DNA of 64,000 nucleotides from Ascoidea asiatica JCM 7603 (lineage: Eukaryota; Fungi; Ascomycota). A program made the position numbers and the translations under genes. Where the stretch lies: NCBI GenBank assembly GCA_001600695.1, contig BCKQ01000005.1, positions 155,689 through 219,688 on the forward strand, read 5' to 3'. The notes beneath the pieces are model-generated. The model was not told where the DNA came from. It saw only the letters and a program-made list of their open reading frames with translations, and did no database searches. The first letter of the stretch is position 1. Each line of letters begins with the position of its first letter. Positions 33,501-44,632 of this stretch are shown piece after piece.

Positions 33501-36131
33501 AAACATTTTTTCATTGGAAATGTTTAATTCAAGTTTTAAACATATTTTATATTTCAAAGATTCCAAATAAGTTTCGTATGGATCAAGAAGACCTTGAGCA
33601 TATATATTCAACATTTGAATATAGAATTTTAAATTTTTCAAAGTTACATTAGTGAATGAATCTAATTTCTCAAATATAAGAATAAATAATTTTTCAGCAG
33701 AGGGCAAAAATAAATTTAAAGGTCTTAATATGAAATTCTTTTTACTAGAAACGATAATATTTGACTGATCATTAATGGTATCATTAATTAATAAAAAATT
33801 TTTAAAATCATTTGATTTGACCCATGATTTATTCATCATAAAAAAGGTTTTTGAATGAGGAGAAACCATTGATATTTTAGGAGTTTTAATTGTATCTTCT
33901 AATACTAAAATATTTTTAGTTCCAGAAAAATAGACTATAAATTTATCCAATAAAGTTTCTTCATTAGAAATAAACAAATCAAATTGATTATTGAATTTTG
34001 AGATCAACCAAGAAAATGCTTTATTTGATAAAGATTTATCGGGACCCCTAAATTGTGAAAAGAAAATCCAAAAAAGTAAAGAATTTGAAGAAATTAAAAA
34101 TGGTCCATTCTTTTCAGGTAAATCCATTATAAGATTTAACTCAGCTGAAAGGTTTTTATCATTATAAAAAATTTTTGATATTCTAGATAAATCAGAATCA
34201 TTTAATGACGAATTAGATAAAATATGAAATATAGAAATAATCAAAGAAGAAGATACATTACAAGTGGATTCTAAATTTATTAAATTTAAAGAAATCTTCA
34301 AAATAGATAAAATAAATTGATAATTTGATTTGAATTTTAAAATATTTAAATCCAAAGAAATTTTGAAATATAATAAAAACCAAGAAGTTAAATTAATATT
34401 AGAATTATCAATGTTATTATTATTGTTATTATAAGCTCTATTATAATTAAAAGTATTAATATTACTATTATTATTATTATTATTATTATTAATATTATTA
34501 TTAATACTGCCCGTGGCAGAAGTAGTATAATTAGAGAAATGATTTGAGAATAGAATATTAAATTCAGATAAATATTTCTCAAAATTTATATTATTACTGT
34601 TTTCTAATAAAAAAAAAATTAGAATTTGAAGTGATAAAATTTTAAATTGAGTATTATAATCATTTTGATTTAAAATTTTTATAAAAAATTGAAAAAAATT
34701 ATTTGAATTCAATAATAAAGATTTTAACTTGAAATCATTCAGTTTAAATCTTTTTTTATTGATATTATTGTTATTATTAGAATATAATAAAGAATTACTT
34801 AAAATTGAATTTGAGTTTGTAGTTAAAAGTAAATTTTTGAACTCAAAATAAATGAATAAAAGATTTAATAAAATTAAAATCAATAACCAAGATCTTTCAT
34901 TATTTTTTAAAATAATTTTATCACTAAAAGTTTTTAAATATATTAAATTATTTATATCATTAAACCAGTTTTTTTCAAAATTTAGATTATTTGAAGAATT
35001 ATTATTCAAAAGGAATAAAGGATTAATTTGAATTGAATTAAATTGTAGTTGAATTTGTTTTTCAATAATTATTAAATTGAAAATTTTTAGGAATAAAATT
35101 TGAATTTTTAAAATAATTTCATTGATAAAAGTATTATTATTATTATTATTCTTATTATTATTCTTACTATTATTACTATTATCATTTAAAAATGAGAGTA
35201 AATAAATTTTAGAAAATTTTAAAAAAATTAGAATTTGATCGAATAAAGAAGGATAATTATGTAAAGTTAAACTAAAATTTATTTTATTATTTAATAAATC
35301 TAAAGTTAATGGTATTAATTTAAACTTAATTATTGAAATATTATTAGTTGAAATTATTAAAAAAAAATTATTTAAAAGAATAAAAAATTGATTTAAATTT
35401 ATTGATTGTTTTTTGAAATTATTATTACTAGTATTATTAATATTCTTTAATATTAAATTTTGAATTAGGTTTAAAGTTACATTTGAATCTTTATAATTTA
35501 AATTAAAAATTGAAGGTATAAAATAATTATTAATTGAGGTTAATAATAAATTAATCTGTTTATCATTATCAATTGAATTTGATAAAATTGAAATTTGATA
35601 TAAATTTAATAAATAATTTAATTGATGAAAATAATCCTGTAATAAAAGATTTTGTTTGAATAGAGAATTTTTAGAAAGCAGAAAAATAGTTTTCAAGAAA
35701 TTGTTAAAAACAGGTTGAAAATAAGATATGGTAATATTAGAATTTAAATTTGAAGAAGAGGAAGAGAAAGATGAAGGAGAGATTGTTTTGAAATCAATTA
35801 ATTGCTCAATTTTCTTGAATATATTTAAAAGACTTTTAGGACGATTGAAATCTAAAAGTTTGATATTTACAAATTTAAAAATAGCATTTGAAGCATTTTC
35901 TAATCTATCATTTGATGTTTGAGAATTGTTTTTGATATAAATTGATTTTTCTAAATCAATTAAAATAAATAAACAATCAATTAAGTTAATAGTTTTTTTA
36001 GGAGATAATTGAGTGAATGCAACTGAATCAATAAAAGCAGAAAGATCAGATAAACCTTGATTTCTGTCTTTGATTTTGGTAGACTGAAGAAGAACAGTGA
36101 TAATTGAAATCTGATTTTGAGAATTATCCAT
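27549..36131 (-). CDS. TEL1: PIKK kinase Tel1/ATM
   Basis: N-terminal TAN-like KIKDRN, kinase DDLRQD / GLGDRHCNNIL / HIDLGIAFDQG / PFRLTRD, FATC NLALMFSGWSAFV. Confidence 0.95.
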   Translation of the reverse strand: MDNSQNQISIITVLLQSTKIKDRNQGLSDLSAFIDSVAFTQLSPKKTINLIDCLFILIDLEKSIYIKNNSQTSNDRLENASNAIFKFVNIKLLDFNRPKSLLNIFKKIEQLIDFKTISPSSFSSSSSNLNSNITISYFQPVFNNFLKTIFLLSKNSLFKQNLLLQDYFHQLNYLLNLYQISILSNSIDNDKQINLLLTSINNYFIPSIFNLNYKDSNVTLNLIQNLILKNINNTSNNNFKKQSINLNQFFILLNNFFLIISTNNISIIKFKLIPLTLDLLNNKINFSLTLHNYPSLFDQILIFLKFSKIYLLSFLNDNSNNSKNNNKNNNNNNTFINEIILKIQILFLKIFNLIIIEKQIQLQFNSIQINPLFLLNNNSSNNLNFEKNWFNDINNLIYLKTFSDKIILKNNERSWLLILILLNLLFIYFEFKNLLLTTNSNSILSNSLLYSNNNNNINKKRFKLNDFKLKSLLLNSNNFFQFFIKILNQNDYNTQFKILSLQILIFFLLENSNNINFEKYLSEFNILFSNHFSNYTTSATGSINNNINNNNNNNNSNINTFNYNRAYNNNNNNIDNSNINLTSWFLLYFKISLDLNILKFKSNYQFILSILKISLNLINLESTCNVSSSLIISIFHILSNSSLNDSDLSRISKIFYNDKNLSAELNLIMDLPEKNGPFLISSNSLLFWIFFSQFRGPDKSLSNKAFSWLISKFNNQFDLFISNEETLLDKFIVYFSGTKNILVLEDTIKTPKISMVSPHSKTFFMMNKSWVKSNDFKNFLLINDTINDQSNIIVSSKKNFILRPLNLFLPSAEKLFILIFEKLDSFTNVTLKNLKFYIQMLNIYAQGLLDPYETYLESLKYKICLKLELNISNEKMFNEVAKFFNYYFMTFNKDKIIKNVLFLLADHLDANKVIENSIADNELELGLIRREGINNDENKDEFLYNSFILNIFILNLEKKNILMGHSSVKEIGEKILEKLANLAEGEKSIGKWLVIGDFIGRFKLILPSLNSSYLQIIIRYLGNFLDQCTGLSLTICLKILFLSADSWIAKKNKIEQDCIDIFLFLNSELNKRSYENSEEIIIEYSKLILKFEKSNFKRLLNQSYLNIFAEKCFSILRFPIILLPEIQKLLEDSIGPKKVKVYNILYNNFPIIASSTESSILMVYLLASIGLIQMEILPCAIFNIIEYYKNPLMIKYIDKCLHLFSLKLNISGPKRLFYEFRLDIVRFWNAYEPIDCFPFLLFGFTTKKNFFKENMDVIISVSISDKKKGYQTLTEVSSLLQISNEEILISSLPLLVSTNGLEVETYKQVLTFSNLKSKLPLLMVTIFSLMNVSDQSVLTNLNLFQEHDISLLISNSDAKLVPNFFYSNSPNSSLKLIIEIEKRFHFDFWSSDSLYFIIRNLLVLIENSYNNNLKLLGIRRIKVLILWKKQIFKEIHLVLLLRSLSKYFRENLLFREIDTFVSYLIELFITNCNIHTRVDVILVVLKEFLSSKLSNTGSKTSQSLIHSFSAWDSENDSGHTKDFFTLLFWTLNRKSDNGFEDFNNTVCSVLKNCSSPVVPDVFSLISLILERNTELIACNLDHNSSIIVIEKLLDVEMASLSAEFREWRARCLGYYFSCKGYISSEKEKTNEQQSLIKLKSGDENFVEILFEKLFILWERTDNNKISCLIENIFSYLKLNFKTLEIELKDLLDLKKLMVRFDFVLAGDFLSFSEYDISFDKLLFTLSSDLQNKPFDKWIMELFLAYAKDIQIYSPGLSILQVIAYSEYCKDAILDAILFCLYVFGDIAANNIKLLFASFSQSNPFPRVHYNIFFLNLYFQICKIEHSKNYRISFNISDNVDSLFLSKVAYSSNMPYSSLFLFEKHFSMDKYNMQDLWKSSSKLLSDIYSLIGNIDLMEGLPVEPSLDYALKNIIQNGDPWKKILFANSFLGTNYEGFDAIETLQSSGLVAISDIVRKHEESHSSSSYEWCWKLGKWDLSIPANTSNDQEVIYKAFKLINDDFTCARLAIKNAFLESDSLKIPCEKKIQCMITLSNMEDVIFRNGIGMNGILKINENFNFKSYETLMLARVTSYDFCFDNIEILNFNKRDMLVQEANDILAFLKLSRINSNQKNTISFSIKLNEVFKRLNNVFVHENSTNLNLINYVKALNQFEVASFLHDQNETKVAISMIQAIGEQNCTLDNNYFQFNSNILRATLVDWLSMSKQESASEIMEKYIQHEIINEADHEAYHLFAKFCDNCLQSGDIDKEISRYKKLIFNESIQLAEYSEHLQEVKPEKKGLRKLKEKKEINLKSHRENLLELQSNKEGLVQNAILNYLKEISKNDALYDPDVDRFCSLFLEYSYLDGIQKSIQDVLNVFNSYHKLLPWVNQLVSKILSEPSKFQLVLKTILWNLCRDHPFHSLYYLQNILLQHKASDKNFLSRQKAASILWKQLAVEDFKTNKTEIYKKIQVFCANTVILSTLEVPKKSKQLKLDDLDNLKNQSNWSPGFLNLIQLPLPTMTIPIRIDHDYSSVPRMVSMNNIIEISSSGVSRPKIARITLNNGSIWKTIFKGVDDLRQDVIMEQVFMKCNIFFQNQKQTRIRNINVRTYNVVCLGYKGGIIEFVSNSAAFMDVVEPLHKGDRISFQDARKKIASAAKLTDRKRIRIFKEICSKIIPAFRNFFFQAFLNPFQWYSSKLKYSIGVAATSIVGYILGLGDRHCNNILIDRTSGEPIHIDLGIAFDQGRNLTIPEVTPFRLTRDIIDGFGITGVDGIFRKSSEHVFKVLRHKKEQINSILSVLRWDPLFCFYAPPLKQIKIQGDDRKFNEKIDENAEAIKALETVQRKLIANGLSVEGAVRELINEASDECNLALMFSGWSAFV

Positions 36132-36327
36132 TGAAATTGATAAGTGATTGAAAATTTGTTAAGGATTGAAGCTTCTTGAAAGTGGATGAAAAAAAGAGGT
36201 TGTTTTCAAGAGGTTGAAGGGGTTTATCCTGGAAGAATCACAGCAGCCATTTAAGATCAAATAATTTGTTATTGAGTACTGACTATATTATTATTTATTG
36301 ATTACTTTATAAATAGGTGATGGACTA

Positions 36328-36398
36328 TTGACTATTGATTATTGATTATTGATTATTGATTATGGAATACATTGATTATTGAATACATTGAATACATT
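36328..36398. repeat. Short tandem repeats (ATTATTG-type and AATACATTG-type)
   Basis: actattg/attattg units followed by aatacattg units. Confidence 0.7.
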
Positions 36399-36490
36399 AA
36401 AATGAATATAAATATATCTGAGTTGTTATCACTTTTCTGCTGTTCTCGATTCAACAATTCTTCACCTGAGATCTCGGCTACGACTCATAC

Positions 36491-36525
36491 TCACGTGCCT
36501 CTTTTGCTGTTCCACCAGTCACGTG
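36491..36525. promoter_or_regulatory. Two TCACGTG E-boxes (Cbf1/bHLH-type) in the TEL1/GH5 divergent promoter
   Basis: CACGTG at 36492-36497 and 36520-36525. Confidence 0.55.
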
Positions 36526-36989
36526 TTGCTCTGTTTGGAGTGTACCAAATCTCTTGGTCACCACTGCAAAACTCTTTTCTATTTTCATATTTTCATATTC
36601 TCATAAGTTGTCTATCTACCAGGCACTGTAGCGATACTGTATCTCAGACATCACTCCCGAAATTGATCAATTAAACCTTTACTATCAGTCTCTCTGTCTT
36701 TGAAATATTCTAAATATTCTAAATACGAGTAAACACTTGGCTCATTTTACTTATTCGATTCAATGAATTGAATTTCATCAATTAACCTTTTACTCTCTAT
36801 TGTTTTGAATATCATTTCAATTCAAAATGATCTTTCCTTTTTTTTTGTTTTTTTATCTTTTTTGCTCGTTTTCTTTCTTGTTTGAATTTACGTTGTTTTC
36901 ATACTAAGACATGAAAATTTATTATTTTGCACTGTAAAGTAAAATATTTTCAACCTTAAATAATAATCTTATACTAAAATTGAATTATA

Positions 36990-38501
36990 ATGTTGAGTAA
37001 ATTGAAATTTTCTTTATTAGATTCTCATATCTCACCTTCTTCTCCTGCAATTCATGGTGGTGCTGAACCAAATTTGAAATCAATTTATCAGTCAAGAAAA
37101 AATTTTGGTGTCAATTTTGGTGGTTTATTTTATTTACAAAAATCTATTTTTCCAAAATTTTTCATTAAAGATTCTTTAAATGAATTTGATGCAATTAATA
37201 ATTTAATTAATGATATTGGTGAAGATAAAACAATTGAATTATTAGAAAATCATTGGAAAAATTATTTAAATGATCAAGATTGGAAATGGTTAATGGATAT
37301 TGGTGTAACTTCAATAAGAATTCCAATTGGTTATTGGCATGTTAATAATTCTTCTTTCACAAAAAATACTCCAATGTTTAAAATTTCAAAAATCTATAAA
37401 AATTCTTGGTCTATATTAAAAAAATTTTATATTAATAAAGCTTTAAAATTCAATATAAGTATTTTAATTTTATTAAATTCAGTACCTTATGGTGCTGATA
37501 TTGATAACAATAATGGTTTTATAAATTCAAATTCAAAATTTTGGAAAAATTTAGATTATCAATTAATAACCTCAAATTGTTTAAAATTTATTTCAAATGA
37601 TCTTTATAATTTTGATAATATTTCTGGTATTCAAATTTTAAATAAAATTGATTCGAATGTTAATTTTGATGATTTAAAAAAATTTTATTCAAAATCAATA
37701 AATTTAATTAGAAAAAAAAATGAACATATTCCAATAATAATTTCTGATTCAAATAATCCAAATAAATGGATTAATTGGTTAAAAAATCAAACAAAAATTG
37801 CAAATGGTTCTTTAGGTATTCAAATTGATTCTCATATTTATTTTTGTTATGATAAATTAGATAAAGAAAAAAGACCTGATGTAATTATTAGAGATTTAGG
37901 TGATTCAATTTTTCAAAATATTGATATAAAAGATATTGATATTATGGTTGGTGAATATTCTTGTTATATAGATGAAGAATCTTGGAATCAATATTTTTTT
38001 AATGATAGAGAATCAAAAACTATAGATTTTGGCAGAAAACAAGTTTATTTTTTTAATAAAAAAGCGAAATCTGGTTGTTATTTTTGGACTTATAAAATCC
38101 AAGATTCTGATTATAGTGAATGGAGTTTTAGATCAATGGTTAATAGAGGTGCTATACCTCATAGACCACTTGCTCCAATTAAAGATGCAACTGAAGATGA
38201 TCTAAATTATGTTTTAATGAAAAAATCTGAAGAACATAATGCTATATGTAATGAAAAAGATTCTCAAATACAATGGGAAACTGATAGATATAAGGATGGT
38301 TTTTTAACAGGTTGGTCTGATGCAATAACTTTTTCTGAGTTTTTAGGTTCAAGAATTGGTAGACTTCAAGCTTGGAAAGCTGCAAGACTTAATGAACATA
38401 TTATTGCAAGAGGTGAGAATGAATTTTTATGGGAATGGGAAGCAGGTTTTGATGATGGTGTGGTGGAATTTGAACGAATTGCTTTTCATGAAATTAATTG
38501 A
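36990..38501 (+). CDS. Cytosolic glycoside hydrolase family 5 protein (YBR056W-like), probably catalytically impaired
   Basis: YQSRKNFGVNFGG, TSIRIPIGYW, DSHIYFC, VGEYSC, YFWTYK, EWSF; no signal peptide; acid/base NE motif reads NK. Confidence 0.88.
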   Translation: MLSKLKFSLLDSHISPSSPAIHGGAEPNLKSIYQSRKNFGVNFGGLFYLQKSIFPKFFIKDSLNEFDAINNLINDIGEDKTIELLENHWKNYLNDQDWKWLMDIGVTSIRIPIGYWHVNNSSFTKNTPMFKISKIYKNSWSILKKFYINKALKFNISILILLNSVPYGADIDNNNGFINSNSKFWKNLDYQLITSNCLKFISNDLYNFDNISGIQILNKIDSNVNFDDLKKFYSKSINLIRKKNEHIPIIISDSNNPNKWINWLKNQTKIANGSLGIQIDSHIYFCYDKLDKEKRPDVIIRDLGDSIFQNIDIKDIDIMVGEYSCYIDEESWNQYFFNDRESKTIDFGRKQVYFFNKKAKSGCYFWTYKIQDSDYSEWSFRSMVNRGAIPHRPLAPIKDATEDDLNYVLMKKSEEHNAICNEKDSQIQWETDRYKDGFLTGWSDAITFSEFLGSRIGRLQAWKAARLNEHIIARGENEFLWEWEAGFDDGVVEFERIAFHEIN

Positions 38502-38520
38502 TTGATTTTCTTTTTTAATG

Positions 38521-38554
38521 ATCTTATCTTATCTTATCTTAACTTGTCTTATCT
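38521..38554. repeat. (ATCTT)n microsatellite
   Basis: atctt repeated 4x perfectly, then degenerate copies. Confidence 0.7.
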
Positions 38555-38773
38555 TTTTAATTTAATTTTATTTTTCTTTGCTTTAATTTTCATTTTCTTC
38601 TTAGCTTTTAATTCGCTATTAAAATCAAATAACTGTTTTCTATTTCTTTAACGACTCTGAATTTCTCATTATACACTTCATAAATTGATAAGTAATTAAA
38701 AAAAAAATACTATTAAATTTAATTTCAAATAATCATAGATTTAAATAATTTAGATTTGTTATATATAGTTGAC

Positions 38774-41263
<2,490 letters not shown>

Positions 41264-41509
41264 TTATCTGATATATTATGAATGTAATGTTGGAGGATTT
41301 GAATATGAAAAATATAAATATATATATATATATACAGTATATATATCTAAATAAATAAGATATTCGAATATGATTATGAAATAAAAGAAAAGAAAGAATT
41401 ATAATGTTGTATAAAATACAAATTGAATTGATAAAACATACAGTAACCCTTTAGTATATTCGTATGGTACTTACATATTGTAGTGTATATTGAAATTACT
41501 GAGTTTGGT

Positions 41510-41693
41510 TTTCGCCACCTTCAACACCTACTAAATACTGTAGTAGTAATAGACCCCCGGAAACTGATTCTTAACCCCTGTATATTTATTATTTCCGTAT
41601 CAGTAACATGACAAACCCCTAACGTTGTTCTGCAGTACTAAACTACCAGTGCTCGAGACTGGTCCCGTGCTGGATTATGTCAGCGGTGGCAAG
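41510..41693. promoter_or_regulatory. PACE-like (Rpn4) elements upstream of CDC48
   Basis: TTTCGCCACC 41510-41519 (GGTGGCGAAA on the minus strand) and GGTGGCAAG 41685-41693; CDC48 is a known Rpn4 target in yeasts. Confidence 0.6.
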
Positions 41694-41880
41694 TGACAAA
41701 AGATAGCGTGCTTCCCTTGTCTCTGGTGAGATTCTGAGGGAGCAGCTATGGCTAGTGTGGTAGGAGTGTCCCTCCGCTGAACTTTCACGTGAGGTTATCC
41801 GGAACTCATTTCCGGAAGGTATGGCGAACAAAGTATTCTATGGGCCGGAGTTTGTAACCGATCAGCTGATTTGGTTTCTT
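41645..41880 (+). ncRNA. Candidate structured non-coding RNA (unidentified)
   Basis: GC-rich island with four or more consecutive hairpins; G-U pairs favour the + strand; no family recognised. Confidence 0.3.
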
Positions 41881-42075
41881 ATTCAAGAATCTTCCTCAGT
41901 TAATATCAGTTCTGAGAAGTCTTTTAACTATCTCCGAAACCACGAAATTAAAAGTAACTTTAGTGAGTGAACTGAAATAAAGAAAGTGTGTAAAGTTTAT
42001 CAAGTTTATCAAATTTATCAAATTTAGTAGTAGAATTAAAATTATTTTTCCAAGAAGAACAGTTGACTGATTTGA

Positions 42076-42657
42076 ATGAAGTTTATTACTGGTAATTCGT
42101 TTCCAATTTTATTTTCAATTCCATTTCCTATTTGTAGGATTACAAAATTTTCAATTTTAAATTTTCCCTCGATGTCATTTAAACAAAAAAAAGATGTTAT
42201 AGATAGTGATTGCAATGAAACTAAGGAATTTTCATTTTCTGATTTGAAATTTATTGAACCTGAAACTTTAAAAGATTGGATTTTAGATGAATCAAATAAA
42301 AATTATAATAACTTTTTAATTATTGATGTTAGAGAAGATGATTATGAATTTGGTAAAATTAAAAAAAACTCAATGAATATACCATATTATAAATTGATTA
42401 ATAATGAAGAAAATAATTTTAAAGAATTAAGTGAAAAATTAATTAATAATAATATAAATAATATAATATTTCACTGTTCTTTTTCACAACAAAGAGGTCC
42501 ATCATCTGCTTTAAAATATTTAAGATCTTTGAATTTACATAAATCTTTTCTAAAACTTTATAATGATAAAAAAATTAATGTTTTTGTTTTAAAAGGTGGT
42601 TTTAAGAAATGGTATAAATATTATAATTCAAACCCAGATTTAATTCAACTATTTTAA
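42076..42657 (+). CDS. YCH1: Cdc25-like rhodanese-fold phosphatase/arsenate reductase (Ych1/Ibp1 family); start may be 42172
   Basis: IIDVREDDY..G.I, FHCSFSQQRGPSSA active-site loop, VLKGGF..W. Confidence 0.85.
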   Translation: MKFITGNSFPILFSIPFPICRITKFSILNFPSMSFKQKKDVIDSDCNETKEFSFSDLKFIEPETLKDWILDESNKNYNNFLIIDVREDDYEFGKIKKNSMNIPYYKLINNEENNFKELSEKLINNNINNIIFHCSFSQQRGPSSALKYLRSLNLHKSFLKLYNDKKINVFVLKGGFKKWYKYYNSNPDLIQLF

Positions 42658-42821
42658 TATATTTTGAAATTTATATTTATAATAAAAAAATATCTATTTA
42701 CAATGAAATCATTCAAAAAACAAAAAACAAAAAACTGAAAAAAAAACTAGTTATTATAATAAAAAATAATTATAATAATAATAATAGTAATAATAATAAT
42801 AATAATAAAACTTTGATACAT

Positions 42822-43213
42822 TTAATCGCGCGTATTTCCATTGATTTTGGGATATAAACGAGTCGAATGATAATTTATTGTAGATTTCATTTCCTTTGTT
42901 GTTTTCTATAAATTTGGAAAAAAAATCAATTACAATAAAATATAGTATTTTGTTAGTATTAAAATTTCATTTAATATAATATGATTTCTTCATGCAAAAG
43001 GATAATAACTTTTATAATACTTACAAAACTATCCATGCATAATTTCAATTCTCCTTCTAATGGAGAACATTTAATTGAACCTTCTCCATTTGACGACCAA
43101 CAATTTAATAATGTAGACATTATAACCAAACACTGATTTGATTGTTTTTGACTAACTGGTTTTTTGACTTGAAATCTTGGTAAAGGTGGTAAACGAGATG
43201 GTTTTGGTGCCAT
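42822..43213 (-). CDS. MRP10: Mitochondrial ribosomal protein mS37 (twin CX9C); exons 43213-43025 and 42905-42822
   Basis: [30 protein letters not shown]...[24 protein letters not shown]; donor GTAAGT, branch TACTAAC, acceptor TAG. Confidence 0.93.
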
Positions 43214-43398
43214 ATTGAACAAAATCTAAATTCTAAAGTCTAGGATATGTTTAACTGTAATATTTTTGATCTAAATATATATTTTAAACCTTTTATATCA
43301 CTCACAATAATCATTCAACCTCATATAATCAATCAAATTAAATTAAATTATGTTTAATTTAATCAAATCAATATAAATCACTTCCAACTGAAAAATGG

Positions 43399-43406
43399 TT
43401 ACCCGG
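43399..43406 (+). promoter_or_regulatory. Reb1-type site TTACCCGG in the MRP10/SIR2 divergent promoter
   Basis: Exact match to the Reb1 consensus. Confidence 0.5.
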
Positions 43407-44058
43407 CCAACTTGCCTGCAAAAACAAATATCCGTGTTCCCGTTGATGTCTGAACTAATCTCCGTGTCAAAACTTCCGTAGTAAAGTTTCCGTGACAAAA
43501 CTTCTCAAACTCAGCTGAAACTTCTGCGCGGATAATTAACAAGTTATCAACAATTGACAAATGATCCCCTTATGAAGTTATCAGTTATTTTTGTTCTTCC
43601 AACTTGCAGTGATCGCAGTAGTTGTGATAGTAATTAACTCTACAGTTTCAGTCAGAATCTTTATCAGATTTTCTCTTTGAAATAAGTTAATCTATTTTTT
43701 AAAAATATAAAAAAATATAACTAAATTAAAGCTCAATTTAATTCATAAGCTGCTTTTCTTAAATTCTTCTGATCTTTTTTTTTTGATTTTTAATTAATTT
43801 TTATTCAATTAAAATCATCATTTAACTTATCTTTTAATTTCTCTTTTTTCTCGCTTTTGCACCGTGTTTTTTATCAAAAATTATCAATCTTTTTTTTGTT
43901 TTTTTTTTATTTGTTTTTCGCATTCCCGTTTTTTTAATATCTTTAAAATCACTCTTCAAAGAAATCAAATAATCCAAATTCAAATTTAATTTTCTTTGAT
44001 TCATTATCAAACAAATTTATTCTCAAGGTTTTTTATTCTCAAGGTTTTAAAAAAAAAA

Positions 44059-44596
44059 GTATGTATAAATTCAAATCATTAAATATTTCGTCATATTTTT
44101 AGAATATTTTTAACTTTTTTTTTCGATTTTTAATTATTTTTTCTAAACTTAAATCAATTATTATATGGGTTTTTAATATACTATGTTTACCTTTTCAAAA
44201 ATTCTTAAAGTCTGAATACAGTAATAGTAATTAAAAGTAATAGTTATACACTATATCTTTCCATAATCAAAATTTTATATTTCAACTTTTCTTAAATTTA
44301 TCAATTTATGACTTCTTTCATATTCAATTATTAATTTTGCTTTAATTTCAAAATTAAGCTTAAATATCAATTTTAATTTCAGTTTCAATTCAGATAATAT
44401 GAATAAAATGTTAATACTCATTTACTACCTTAAAATATTTTAAAAACTTTCAATCATCAGTAATTTTTTTCAACTTATATTATATTCTTATGAAATATTT
44501 TCGTACTTTCTTTCTTTCTTTCTTTTTTTCTCATAATTCATTTTAGAAATGATTAAACAATTACTAACAAAATATTCCTTCTTTTCATTTATCAAG
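44059..44596 (+). other. Predicted 538-nt spliceosomal intron in the SIR2 5' UTR
   Basis: GTATGT at 44059, TACTAAC at 44562-44568, pyrimidine tract, first AG (AAG) at 44596, 36 nt before the ATG. Confidence 0.75.
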
Positions 44597-44632
44597 CCAA
44601 TTGAAAAAAATAAATCCTTCTCATATTAAGAA

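Noticed and set aside
36372-36674. 100-aa ORF between TEL1 and the GH5 gene; similarly 13556-13753 and 41643-41831
   Set aside because: No homology cues; they overlap repeats, promoter motifs or hairpin islands, and two have non-ATG starts
41663-41675. Short resemblance to my recollection of S. cerevisiae RNase MRP RNA
   Set aside because: The universally conserved P4 motifs (CR-I, CR-V) are absent; treated as coincidence
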